Shown: piece after piece, positions 7,784 to 16,501 of the stretch
Position numbering within the stretch: position 1 is the stretch's first letter
How the letters are laid out: every line of letters starts with the position of its first letter
Origin: Patescibacteria group bacterium
GTDB lineage: Bacteria > Patescibacteriota > Minisyncoccia > Minisyncoccales > UBA5738
NCBI GenBank assembly: GCA_034678605.1
Contig: JAXDBQ010000039.1
Location: forward strand, 65,172-129,171
Direction of reading: 5' to 3'
Length of the DNA stretch: 64,000 nucleotides
Notes under the pieces: model-generated
Told to the model about the DNA's origin: nothing
Database searches by the model: none
Seen by the model: only the letters and a program-made list of their open reading frames with translations
Made by a program: the position numbers and the translations under genes

Positions 7784-9046
7784 TCAGTCGCCGATCTTTT
7801 CAATGTCGGCGCCCAAACTGCGGAGTTTTTCGTCGAATTTTTCCGAGCCGCGCTCGATGTTGGCGATGTTTTCCACGACGGTCTGGCCTTGGGCAATCAG
7901 GCCGGCCAGGGTGAGCGTGGTGCCCGAGCGAATGTCGGAGGCGTCCACGACGGTGCCGAAAAGTTCGGTTTTGCCAAAGATCAGCGCCCGATGCGGATCG
8001 GTAATTTCGATATCGGCGGCCATTTTGCGCAATTCTTCGAAGTGGCGCAAGCGGTTTTCATAGAGCGGCTCGTGTACCAGCGATTTGCCGGCGGCTTGCG
8101 TGAGCAAGACCGAAATTTGCGGTTGCAAATCGGTGGGGAATCCCGGATAGAGCATCACTTGCACGCGCGCGGCTTTGAAATTTTTCGATGGGTTGACGGT
8201 GATCGAATTTTCGCCGATGGCAAAATCAACGCCGATCTCTTTCATTTTTTCCAAAAAGAAAGTGAGATGTTTTGGATTGGCGCGGGTGATCTTTCCTTGG
8301 CCGCCGGTGGCCGCCAGCGCGATCATAAATGTGCCGGTTTCCAGCGGATCCGGACAGACCTCATGGTTGGCGCCTTTGAGTTTGGCCAAGCCCTCGATTT
8401 CCAAAGTGTGCGGATGGATCCAGCTGATCTTGGCGCCCATATTTTCCAGTATCATGATCAAATCCTGAACTTGAGGTTCGGCGGCGGCAATTTCAATGAT
8501 CGATTTGCCTTCAATGGCGGCGGCCAGCATCATGGCGTTTTCGGTGGCGGTGACGGAAAATTCTTTCAAAATAACGCGCGCCGGTTTGAGATTTTTGGGC
8601 GCTTCGAAGCAATAGAATCCGTTTTCGCGCCAAACTTTGATGCCAAATTGCTCAAACGCGTCCAAATGGGTCGAAATCGGCCGCAGGCCGATTTTGTCGC
8701 CGCCCGGATGGGGCACGCGAAATGATCGAAACCGCGCCAAAAGCGGGGCGATGAGCAAGACCGAAACCCGCATTTTTTGAAAAATGTCGGCCGGGATTTT
8801 TTGCGGGTCAAGGTTTTTGGCGTTGATCTTGGCGGTGTGATCGTCGAGCCATTCGATCTCGCCGCCGATCTGGCTCATTATCTCAAGCTGGTTGAGCACA
8901 TCGGACACTTGCGGCAAGTTTGAAATAATCGACGGCTCTTCGGAAAGCAGGGTGGCGGCCAAAATCGCGCCGGCGCTGTTTTTGTAGCCGGAGATTTGCA
9001 CCTGGCCTTTGAGCGGATTGCCGCCCTTGATCAAAAATTTTTGCAT
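7784..9046 (-). CDS. murA: UDP-N-acetylglucosamine 1-carboxyvinyltransferase
   Basis: 420 aa starting MQKFLIKGGNPLKGQVQISGYKNSAGAIL, with an EPSP-synthase-like fold along its whole length. Confidence 0.95.
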   Translation of the reverse strand: MQKFLIKGGNPLKGQVQISGYKNSAGAILAATLLSEEPSIISNLPQVSDVLNQLEIMSQIGGEIEWLDDHTAKINAKNLDPQKIPADIFQKMRVSVLLIAPLLARFRSFRVPHPGGDKIGLRPISTHLDAFEQFGIKVWRENGFYCFEAPKNLKPARVILKEFSVTATENAMMLAAAIEGKSIIEIAAAEPQVQDLIMILENMGAKISWIHPHTLEIEGLAKLKGANHEVCPDPLETGTFMIALAATGGQGKITRANPKHLTFFLEKMKEIGVDFAIGENSITVNPSKNFKAARVQVMLYPGFPTDLQPQISVLLTQAAGKSLVHEPLYENRLRHFEELRKMAADIEITDPHRALIFGKTELFGTVVDASDIRSGTTLTLAGLIAQGQTVVENIANIERGSEKFDEKLRSLGADIEKIGD

Positions 9047-9125
9047 GGGAGATTGAAATTAAAGTATTTTTAGAATATCATACATTCTAAGGAATAAATC
9101 GGATTTTGTCTAATTGTTGTTTGCC

Positions 9126-10133
9126 ATGGACAGGATTAAGCAAAAAAAATTCGGGAAGGTTAAACCTCCCAGAAAGTTAAATATTGTTTGCATTGGTGGA
9201 GGAACGCAGATTCCGCCGTTGCTTTTGGATAGTTTGAGAAAAATGCCGGTGGAAGTTGTCGGTATAACTTCGATGGTTGATTGCGGCGGGTCGGGCGGTT
9301 ATTTCAGGAACAAGTTTGAAGTTTTGCCGCCCAGCGATATCCGGCGCCATATCTTGGGCTTGTCCAATGCGCCGCAATGGAAAAAAGAATTGTGGAAATT
9401 CCGTTTCGGCGAAGAAGAGTTCGAGGATGGCCATAAAGGGCAGGTTTTTGCCAATGCGTTTATGGCCGGATTGGAAAACGCGTTCAAGGATTATCGAAAA
9501 GTGATGCAGTTTGCTTGTGAGTTCATGGAGTTGGGCAAAAATCGCGCGTTGCCGGCCACGATCAAGCAAACGCACATTATTGCCGAATTGGAAAACGGCG
9601 AAATTGTCAAAGGCGAGGCGGAAATCGATGTACCGCGCAATCACGACGCGAAACTGAAAATAAAAAAAGTTTATCTTGAACCGAAAGTCGCGGCATTTTC
9701 GGAAGCAAAAAAAGCGATCTTGGAGGCGGATGCGATCATTGTCGGCCCGGGGGATCTATATTCCAGCATCATTCCGTGTTTTTTGCCCGAAGGCATGGCG
9801 GCGGCGCTGAAAAAATCAAAAGCAAAAAAAATTTTAATTTGCAATTCTTTGGCTAAGATGGGCGAAACGCAGGATTTTTCCGTGGCCGATTTTGCGGCCG
9901 AGATCGAAAGATATATGCAAACAAAATTGGATTTTGTTTTGTACCATAATCAGCCGCTTGATAAGAATTTGCTGGCGGCGTTTCAAAAAGAATATCCGCA
10001 GATTTCCGGCGCATTGAAGATCGATGGCGATTTGCCGCCGGATAAGTTTGTGGGGCGCGATATTTATCAAAAAGATAAAATCGCCTTTGATTCCAAAAAA
10101 GTCATCAAAAACATCTTTAAACTGGTCAAATAA
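9126..10133 (+). CDS. YvcK/CofD-family protein (UPF0052, gluconeogenesis factor / 2-phospho-L-lactate transferase-like)
   Basis: It contains CIGGGTQIPPLL...VDCGGSGG...IVGPGDLYSSIIP motifs. The first ATG is at 9126; the ORF-track start at 9114 is TTG. Confidence 0.75.
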   Translation: MDRIKQKKFGKVKPPRKLNIVCIGGGTQIPPLLLDSLRKMPVEVVGITSMVDCGGSGGYFRNKFEVLPPSDIRRHILGLSNAPQWKKELWKFRFGEEEFEDGHKGQVFANAFMAGLENAFKDYRKVMQFACEFMELGKNRALPATIKQTHIIAELENGEIVKGEAEIDVPRNHDAKLKIKKVYLEPKVAAFSEAKKAILEADAIIVGPGDLYSSIIPCFLPEGMAAALKKSKAKKILICNSLAKMGETQDFSVADFAAEIERYMQTKLDFVLYHNQPLDKNLLAAFQKEYPQISGALKIDGDLPPDKFVGRDIYQKDKIAFDSKKVIKNIFKLVK

Positions 10134-10164
10134 AGTGTAGCAAGGTGAAACCTTGCTACACTTT
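10132..10164. repeat. REP hairpin, GTGTAGCAAGG family (inverted orientation, loop TGAAA)
   Basis: The sequence aaaGTGTAGCAAGGtgaaaCCTTGCTACACttt overlaps the yvcK-like stop codon. Confidence 0.9.
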
Positions 10165-10178
10165 GTTGGTTAAAATTT

Positions 10179-11456
10179 ATGGAAAAACAAAAATTGCAGG
10201 CGGTGATCTTGGCCGCGGGCGAGTCGTCGCGGTTCTGGCCGCTGAATTCAAACCACAAAAGCTTGCTGCGGATAATGGGTAAGCCGCTGATTTGGTACAC
10301 GATTGATGGATTAAGAAAAGCCGGCGTGGAAGAAATAATTATTGTGCAAGGGGTAAATCGCGATATCGAGGAAGAATTGAAAAATTTAAAAGATTGCGCA
10401 CCGGTCAAATATGTTATTCAATCCGAACCCAATGGCATGGCCGACGCGGTAATGTGCGCGAAAAACAAGATAAACGGCCAATTTTTTGTTTTAAACGCCA
10501 ATCGCATTGATTGCCAAGAAATTGTCGTTAAAATGCTGGAAAAAAGCCGGCAAACCGGCGCCAAAACGATTTTATTTGGCCAAGAGGCCAAAACCCCCTG
10601 GCTTTATGGGATTGCCAAGGTCGATGGCGATCGAGTTTTGGAATTGATCGAAAAGCCGGCCGAAGGCGTTGAGCCGTCAAATATAAAAATTCCGGTGGTG
10701 CGTTTGCTGGATAACAAAATTTTTGGATATATTGAAAAAGTTTTAGGCGGTGCCAATAAAAATGAAGAATTCGAAATGGCAATTTCGTTATATGCCAAAG
10801 AAAATGATACGCGGATAATAATTTTGGATAATAAATACGACGGTATATCGCTGAAATACCCTTGGCATTTGTTTGACGCGCAAAAATATCTTTTTGATAA
10901 ATATTTGGCCAAAAAACAGATTGCTAAGTCGGCGTGGGTGGCCAAAAACGCGGTGATTGAGGGCAATGTTTTTGTGGGTGAAAACTGCAAAATTTACGAA
11001 GGCGCGGTGATCAAGGGCCCGTGTTTTATCGGCGACAATTCCATAGTCGGCAACAATTCCGTGGTGCGCGATTATTGCGACATCGAAGCCGATGGGATGG
11101 TGGGCGCGTTGAGCGAAGTGACGCGGTCAATTTTCCAGCGAGACGCGCATATCCATTCCGGTTACATGGGCGATTCGATCGTTGACAGGGGAGTGCGTTG
11201 CGGCGCGGGCGTGATCACGGCCAATGTGCGGCTGGATCGGGAAAAAATATCGGCGCGGGTAAAAAAAGAAAAAGACGGCGTTAAGGTTTTGGCCAAAGTT
11301 GATACCGGCCTGAAGGCCCTGGGCGCGATCGTGGGCCAAAACTCGCGTCTTGGCGCGCGCGCTACCGTTTTGCCCGCTCGCTTTATTGGCAAAAACTGCC
11401 AAATCGCCGCCGGCGCGACAATCTCGCGCAACCTTGACGACGGCTCAAAAATTTGA
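10179..11456 (+). CDS. GlmU-like bifunctional sugar-1-phosphate nucleotidyltransferase / left-handed beta-helix acyltransferase
   Basis: The N-terminus (AVILAAGESSRFWPL) is an NTP-transferase fold. The C-terminal third is made of hexapeptide repeats (VIEGNVFVGENCKIYEGAVIKGPCFIGDNSIVGNNSVV). Confidence 0.7.
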   Translation: MEKQKLQAVILAAGESSRFWPLNSNHKSLLRIMGKPLIWYTIDGLRKAGVEEIIIVQGVNRDIEEELKNLKDCAPVKYVIQSEPNGMADAVMCAKNKINGQFFVLNANRIDCQEIVVKMLEKSRQTGAKTILFGQEAKTPWLYGIAKVDGDRVLELIEKPAEGVEPSNIKIPVVRLLDNKIFGYIEKVLGGANKNEEFEMAISLYAKENDTRIIILDNKYDGISLKYPWHLFDAQKYLFDKYLAKKQIAKSAWVAKNAVIEGNVFVGENCKIYEGAVIKGPCFIGDNSIVGNNSVVRDYCDIEADGMVGALSEVTRSIFQRDAHIHSGYMGDSIVDRGVRCGAGVITANVRLDREKISARVKKEKDGVKVLAKVDTGLKALGAIVGQNSRLGARATVLPARFIGKNCQIAAGATISRNLDDGSKI

Positions 11457-11525
11457 TCCGGCAGTAGATTTTTGGCTCGCTTTGCGATTGCGGTTTTGGA
11501 AAACCGGCCAAAATTCACTGCCGGT

Positions 11526-12987
11526 GTCATTTAATAATGATAATGTCATAGTGCGGTGATAATAGAAATGTCATACCTGGCGGTATGATGGGGTTAAATA
11601 ACTAACCCCATCAACCATGGAAAAAGAAATCATCGGTATGACACAAAAAGATTTATCAAGGTATCAAGTGATCAAAAATTTGATCGCCAAATTGATCAAC
11701 GGCACGGACGCGGCCAAGCAATTATCCCTGTCGGTAAGGCAAGTGAAGCGTTTGAAGGCAAGCGCGATAATTGACGGCGCCAAAGGTATCATCCACAAAT
11801 CGAGAGGCAGGGAAAGCAATCGCAAGACCGATGCGGCATTGTATCGAAAAGCCAAGGAATTGATTCAATCCCTTTACCCGGATTTCGGCCCCAAATTCGC
11901 TCATGAAAAGCTGATCGAAGTTCATCGTTTGGATATCGGCCAAGCCGCCACGCGAAACTTGATGATCGCCGAAAAAATCTGGATTCCGGAAAAGCGGAAG
12001 CAAAACAAGCAATACCGCTGTCAGAGGGAACGCAAAGCAAGCTTCGGCGAAATGGTCCAATTCGACGGTTGTTACCATTTCTGGTTCGAAAACCGCGGCC
12101 AAGAGTATTGCCTCTTGTCCGGCATCGACGATGCCACCGGCCGGCCGGTCAAATTGAAATTCGCCAAAAGCGAAGGTATCCAAGATGTCTTTGGCTACTG
12201 GAAAGAATACATCCAAAAATACGGCAAACCCGTCGCCATCTACCTGGACAAATTCAGCACTTACAAGATCAACCACAAGAACGCCAAGGACAACCATGAA
12301 TTACTCACCCAGTTCCAGAGAGCCTGCAAGGAATTAGGGATCACCCTGATCACCGCACACAGCCCGCAAGCCAAGGGCCGGGCGGAAAACCCATTCGGCA
12401 CTTTCCAGGACCGACTGGTAAAAGAATTGCGGTTGCAAAACATTTCCACCATTGAAGAGGCCAACAAGTTTTTGGATGAATTCTGGGCCGCCGACTACGC
12501 CCGGCGATTCGCCGTCAAACCCAAGAACCAAACCGATCTGCATCGAAAATTGACCGCCAAAGAATTGGCCAATCTGGACGCGATTTTCTCAGTCCAATCG
12601 ATTCGGCAGGTTAAGAACGATTTTACCGTCCAATTTAAAAACCATTGGTATCAATTAAGCAAAAATCAGCCGGCGACTATCCGGCGCCAAGAAAAGGTGC
12701 TCATCGAGGAACGGCTCGACGGATCGTTGGCGATCCGGCTGCGCGGCAAGTATTTGAATTTCAAACTCTTGCCGGCCAAACCGGAAAAAATCAAAGAGTC
12801 GCCGTTCGCGCTGCCTGCCAAAGGCACGGCATATGTTCCGGCCCCGGACCATCCTTGGCGGCGCGAGCTCAACGGTCTTTTCACAAAAAAATCCGGCGCG
12901 CCGGAAATCAGAACACTAACTTATTAAAAGTCAAGTATGACATTTTTAAAAAAATCCATGGTATGACATTTCTATTATCATTTGACA
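11526..12987 (+). mobile_element. insertion sequence (rve/DDE transposase; ISNCY- or IS481-like)
   Basis: The 25-bp imperfect terminal IRs are gtcatttaataatgataatgtcata and tatgacatttctattatcatttgac. The flanking 16-bp direct repeat is aaaattcactgccggt (11510-11525 and 12988-13003). Confidence 0.8.
11617..12927 (+). CDS. DDE transposase with N-terminal HTH and integrase-core (rve) domain
   Basis: 436 aa. The N-terminus QLSLSVRQVKRLKA is an HTH, and the central part resembles the rve fold (FDGCYHFWF...IYLDKFSTYK...TAHSPQAKGRAEN). Confidence 0.85.
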   Translation: MEKEIIGMTQKDLSRYQVIKNLIAKLINGTDAAKQLSLSVRQVKRLKASAIIDGAKGIIHKSRGRESNRKTDAALYRKAKELIQSLYPDFGPKFAHEKLIEVHRLDIGQAATRNLMIAEKIWIPEKRKQNKQYRCQRERKASFGEMVQFDGCYHFWFENRGQEYCLLSGIDDATGRPVKLKFAKSEGIQDVFGYWKEYIQKYGKPVAIYLDKFSTYKINHKNAKDNHELLTQFQRACKELGITLITAHSPQAKGRAENPFGTFQDRLVKELRLQNISTIEEANKFLDEFWAADYARRFAVKPKNQTDLHRKLTAKELANLDAIFSVQSIRQVKNDFTVQFKNHWYQLSKNQPATIRRQEKVLIEERLDGSLAIRLRGKYLNFKLLPAKPEKIKESPFALPAKGTAYVPAPDHPWRRELNGLFTKKSGAPEIRTLTY

Positions 12988-13105
12988 AAAATTCACTGCC
13001 GGTTGACTTTTGGGGCAAGGTGTGATATATAAAAATTGTTAAACAGAATAAACCACGGAGATAATCCGTGTGTTGTGTTTTGTTTTAATATGCGAGGTAT
13101 TGGCG

Positions 13106-13411
13106 ATGGAAAGTGGAATAATTGAAGTTGACGAAGGCAAAAGGTTCGAAATATTTGTATTAATGCTTTTTAACAATTCATTGAATGATGGGAACCCCAT
13201 TTCTGCTTATGGCGGGGCTTTTCTTTATTTTGTGAATAGGCCATTTGGAATGAATAAAGCTGGATATGCCAAATTGATAGCGATTAAATTGTGCGAAATA
13301 TTAAAAAAATCCAAAGAACAAGCAGTAGGAATTGCCAAAGTGGTTGAAAATATCATGCCGGATGATTTAAATGGAATAAATTCGGTGTTGGTTATTGTTG
13401 AAAAGTATTAA
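13106..13411 (+). CDS. hypothetical protein
   Basis: This is an ORF with no recognisable motif. The start is taken at MESGIIEV. Confidence 0.3.
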   Translation: MESGIIEVDEGKRFEIFVLMLFNNSLNDGNPISAYGGAFLYFVNRPFGMNKAGYAKLIAIKLCEILKKSKEQAVGIAKVVENIMPDDLNGINSVLVIVEKY

Positions 13412-13480
13412 GATTTGATGGCCTTGCGCGATGCGCTCGGCTCTTTTTTTATATGGCGGGCGTGATATGGTAGAATGGAA

Positions 13481-13512
13481 ATGCGGGCGAAAACATAGTT
13501 TCGCCTCTGCGG
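13481..13512. repeat. GC-rich REP, single hairpin
   Basis: The sequence atGCGGGCGAAAacataGTTTCGCCtCtGCgg is the reverse orientation of the GGGGCGAAACTATGTTTTCGCCC unit. Confidence 0.8.
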
Positions 13513-13527
13513 ATTAAATTCGAATTT

Positions 13528-14481
13528 ATGGTCAAAGTTCAAAGTTCAAAGTTCAAAGTTGGCTCGTTCGTCATCGGGGTGGACGGTGGCGGGACAAAGA
13601 CCGCGGCGGCATTGGCGGATATGGAGGGGAAAATTATCGCGCGGGTGGTGGCGGGCGGGTCAAGCGTGCGCAATTTTGGGATAAAGCTGGCGGCAAAGAA
13701 CGTGGCCCAAGCAGTTTATGGCGTTTTGAAAGGGAAGCGGAATATAAGGATCGTTTCCACTTTTATCGGTTTGCCGGCAATGGAAGAGGAATATAAAGAT
13801 AAAAAAACCGAAATTGTCAAAGAATTAAAAAAACACAAAAAGATCGCGGCGATCTTCAAAGGTAAAGTCGAGATCGGCTCGGACCAGCTGGTGGCGTTCC
13901 GTTCCGGCGCGCACGGCAAAGACGGCATTTTGGCGATTTGTGGCACGGGCACGGCGATCCATGGTTGGAACGGGGCGCGCGAAGTTTTCGTGAATAATCA
14001 GGGATGGGTGGGGAAGGGATCGGCAATATGGATCGGTACCCGCGCGATGGAGGCGGTCGCGGAGTCAATGGACGGTCGCGGCCAAAAAACAAAATTGGAG
14101 GAAATGATTTTTAAAAAATATAATTCTAAAAATATCAGCCAATTGTTAAAATTTATTTTTGAAGATTTGAAATCGGACCTACCCAAATTGGCGGTGTCGT
14201 GCGACGAGGCGGCCAATCGGGAGGATAAGGTGGCGCAGGAAATTTTGAAACAGGCGGGCAAGGAGATCGCGCTTGCGGTGCGCGTGGCCGCCGCAAAATT
14301 GCAGTTTGTCGAACAGGTGCCGCTGGTGCTGGCGGGCGGGGTGTACAAGTCGCGCTGGATGGCCGATGCCGCGGTGGCTGAGATCGAAAGGTATTATCCG
14401 GGAAAGTTTGATATTGTTTTTGTGGGCGATCCGGTGGCCGGGGCAGTGAAACTTGCCTTGGAAAATGCAAAAAAGATTTAA
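13528..14481 (+). CDS. BadF/BadG/BcrA/BcrD-type ATPase (N-acetylglucosamine kinase-like)
   Basis: It has VIGVDGGGTKTAAALADMEG at the N-terminus and ILAICGTGTAIHG as the second phosphate motif. Confidence 0.75.
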   Translation: MVKVQSSKFKVGSFVIGVDGGGTKTAAALADMEGKIIARVVAGGSSVRNFGIKLAAKNVAQAVYGVLKGKRNIRIVSTFIGLPAMEEEYKDKKTEIVKELKKHKKIAAIFKGKVEIGSDQLVAFRSGAHGKDGILAICGTGTAIHGWNGAREVFVNNQGWVGKGSAIWIGTRAMEAVAESMDGRGQKTKLEEMIFKKYNSKNISQLLKFIFEDLKSDLPKLAVSCDEAANREDKVAQEILKQAGKEIALAVRVAAAKLQFVEQVPLVLAGGVYKSRWMADAAVAEIERYYPGKFDIVFVGDPVAGAVKLALENAKKI

Positions 14482-14552
14482 GATTTAGGATTTAAGATTT
14501 AAGAATTTAAATTCGAATTTATTCATAAATCATAAATCTTAAATCATAAATC
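14475..14552. repeat. AT-rich GATTTA/TAAATC palindrome
   Basis: The arm gatttaagatttaggatttaagatttaagaattt is paired with attcataaatcataaatcttaaatcataaatc. Confidence 0.85.
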
Positions 14553-14593
14553 AAGGCAGTGGAAAAAGGTTGGAAGATATTAGTTTATTGATC

Positions 14594-15709
14594 ATGGGAA
14601 AGGAAATATATTTTTTGGCAATTGAGACATCGTGCGATGACACTTCGATCGCTGTTTTGCGAGCCAAAGAGGACGGCAAGGGAAAACTGAAAAAGATCGA
14701 AGCGTTATCCAATATAGTTTCCTCGCAGACGCAATTGCACGCGGGGTATGGCGGGGTTTATCCGTTTTTGGCCAAGCGCGAGCATCAAAAAAATTTGCCG
14801 CTGGTTTTTGAGCAGGCGGTTAAAAAAACTGATTTGTCAAAGCTGGAATTCATCGCCGTTACCAAGGGTCCGGGATTGGATCCTTGTTTGTGGACCGGCA
14901 TTAATTTCGCGCAAAACTTGGCAAAAAAATGCGATTTGCCGCTGGTGGGCGCCAATCATCTGGAAGCGCATTTTTTGGCCAATTTACTCGCCTTGGGTAT
15001 CGGCGAGGATGAATTTGCTAAAAAGTATTTGCCGGCGGCGTGCCTGGTGGTTTCGGGCGGCCACACGCTGTTGTTTTTGGCCAAGGCGATTGGCGATTAC
15101 CAATTGCTGGGGCAGACATTGGATGACGCGGCCGGCGAGTGCTTTGACAAAGCGGCGCGCATTCTTGGCCTTGGCTATCCGGGCGGCCCGGAAATCTCCA
15201 AGTATGCCAAACAATATATTAGCAAAGATTACAGGGGTTGGACCCCTGTAAAATTGACAGGGGTTGAACCCCTGTTGGTTAAGCTGCCGCGGCCGATGAT
15301 CAACCAAAAAAATTATAATTTCAGTTTTTCGGGGCTAAAGACTGCGATTTTGTATTTGCATCAAAAGCAAGATGAAGAAATTAAAAAATCACCGGAATAC
15401 CGGGCGGCGATGAGCCATGAGATCCAGCAGGCGATCATTGATGTGTTGGTTAAGAAAACTTGCCGCGCTGCAAAAGAATTTGCGGCGCGGTCGATCATTA
15501 TCGGCGGGGGCGTGAGCGCCAACCTTGCCTTGCGCGAGGCAATGAAAGCCGCCGCCAAAAACCTTGGCGTTAGATTTCTCGCGCCGTCAGCCGACTTGTC
15601 GGTGGATAACGCGGCCATGGCCGGAGTGGCCGGTTATTTTGCTTGGAAGCGAAGCGAAATTGCCGCCAACCCTGACGATCTGGTTTCCGAACCGAATTTG
15701 GGAATTTGA
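14594..15709 (+). CDS. tsaD: tRNA N6-adenosine threonylcarbamoyltransferase
   Basis: It shows LAIETSCDDTS, GANHLEAH, GGHT and FSFSGLKTA motifs. The first ATG is at 14594. The gene contains an in-frame 45-nt palindromic insert. Confidence 0.9.
   Translation: MGKEIYFLAIETSCDDTSIAVLRAKEDGKGKLKKIEALSNIVSSQTQLHAGYGGVYPFLAKREHQKNLPLVFEQAVKKTDLSKLEFIAVTKGPGLDPCLWTGINFAQNLAKKCDLPLVGANHLEAHFLANLLALGIGEDEFAKKYLPAACLVVSGGHTLLFLAKAIGDYQLLGQTLDDAAGECFDKAARILGLGYPGGPEISKYAKQYISKDYRGWTPVKLTGVEPLLVKLPRPMINQKNYNFSFSGLKTAILYLHQKQDEEIKKSPEYRAAMSHEIQQAIIDVLVKKTCRAAKEFAARSIIIGGGVSANLALREAMKAAAKNLGVRFLAPSADLSVDNAAMAGVAGYFAWKRSEIAANPDDLVSEPNLGI
15231..15275. repeat. double-hairpin palindromic element, in frame within tsaD
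   Basis: The sequence ACAGGGGTTgGACCCCTGT-aaaattg-ACAGGGGTTgAACCCCTGT is 45 nt (15 codons) and encodes RGWTPVKLTGVEPLL. Confidence 0.9.
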
Positions 15710-15728
15710 ATTTTCGAATTGTGGATTT

Positions 15729-15810
15729 TGCAGGGGCGATTCGGCGTAATCGCCCGCATTGAATCCGCATGCGGGCGAAAACATAGTTTCGCCCCTGCGG
15801 ATGCAAATAC
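15729..15810. repeat. GC-rich REP cluster (2 hairpins)
   Basis: It reads gCAGGGGCGATTcggcgTAATCGCCCgc ... GCGGGCGAAAacataGTTTCGCCCCTGcggatgcaaatac. Confidence 0.85.
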
Positions 15811-15842
15811 TTAAAAAGCGCATTACGCGCTTTTTGAATTTG

Positions 15843-15881
15843 TGCCGAAGGTGGGAGTTGAACCCACACAAGGTTGCCCTT
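15843..15881 (-). other. partial tRNA-Leu: duplicate of variable arm, T-arm and 3' acceptor strand only
   Basis: The minus-strand sequence aagggcaaccttgtGTGGGttcaactCCCACcttcggca aligns with the 3' third of the tRNA at 16502-16585. Confidence 0.8.
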
Positions 15882-16485
15882 AATTTTTTTCGGGTTTTAC
15901 GATTTTCAAAAATTCGGAAACATTTTTTGACAATTTGATGTTGTAGATAATTTTTTGGTTTGACGAATTCCTTTTGGCGCGATATATTTTTGGTTCAAAT
16001 CTCAACGAAACCATCATCTCGAAAACATCGTTTGCCAATTCGAGGATGATGGTGGAAAACATTACTGTTTTATAATTTCTGTCGAAATATATCGAGCCGT
16101 CGGTTTCGATCAATCCTTTAAGGCAATTTATCGCGTATTCTTTATCTTGCTTGATCCAACGCGGCACACTGGCGTTTTGGCGGAATTTCGAACCCTTACC
16201 GGATTTCCAGCCAAGCAGTTTTTCCAAATGGTTCGAATAAACGCTTATGTCCAGGCAATTTTCTTTGCGGTCGACGATGCTCACTTTGTTTTGCGGCAAA
16301 AGCAATTCAAGGGATTTGGCGATCCGTTCGGTTAGAAGAGGATATTTTTTATCGCAAGTGATCCGCAATCTTGTCGCGCGGCCGTTGGGATTGGATAAGT
16401 TCCCGTCGCCCAGCGCCAATCCGATGACATAGGATCGCAAAAGTTTATTTTCGTTAATAATTGTATTCCGAAAATAACCTTTCAT
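15880..16485 (-). CDS. LAGLIDADG homing endonuclease (double-motif, monomeric type)
   Basis: 201 aa with two LAGLIDADG motifs, VIGLALGDGNL and LKGLIETDGSI. It starts 16 nt after the tRNA-Leu 3' end with no obvious SD. Confidence 0.85.
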   Translation of the reverse strand: MKGYFRNTIINENKLLRSYVIGLALGDGNLSNPNGRATRLRITCDKKYPLLTERIAKSLELLLPQNKVSIVDRKENCLDISVYSNHLEKLLGWKSGKGSKFRQNASVPRWIKQDKEYAINCLKGLIETDGSIYFDRNYKTVMFSTIILELANDVFEMMVSLRFEPKIYRAKRNSSNQKIIYNIKLSKNVSEFLKIVKPEKN

Positions 16486-16501
16486 TTGGCGGTTTTAGGT
16501 G

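Noticed and set aside
9071-9089. The palindrome TAGAAT-atcatac-ATTCTA in the murA / yvcK-like divergent region, considered as a regulator binding site.
   Set aside because: It is most simply two back-to-back -10-like hexamers for the divergent genes. There is no second copy or associated regulator to support an operator.
10067-10408. The ORFs 10067-10408 (-) and 39253-39552 (+), which contain the peptide VARFHLATL.
   Set aside because: The shared peptide is the translation of the GTGTAGCAAGG REP hairpin. Both ORFs overlap better-supported genes (glmU-like and nrdG) in other frames or on the other strand. Only the RAYT ORF carries the hairpin within a credible coding frame.
14475-14552. The possibility that the short AT-rich tandem repeats (TAAATC and similar) are CRISPR arrays.
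   Set aside because: The repeat units are 6-8 nt with no unique spacers of 25-40 nt between them. The arrays are palindromic, and no cas genes are present in the window.
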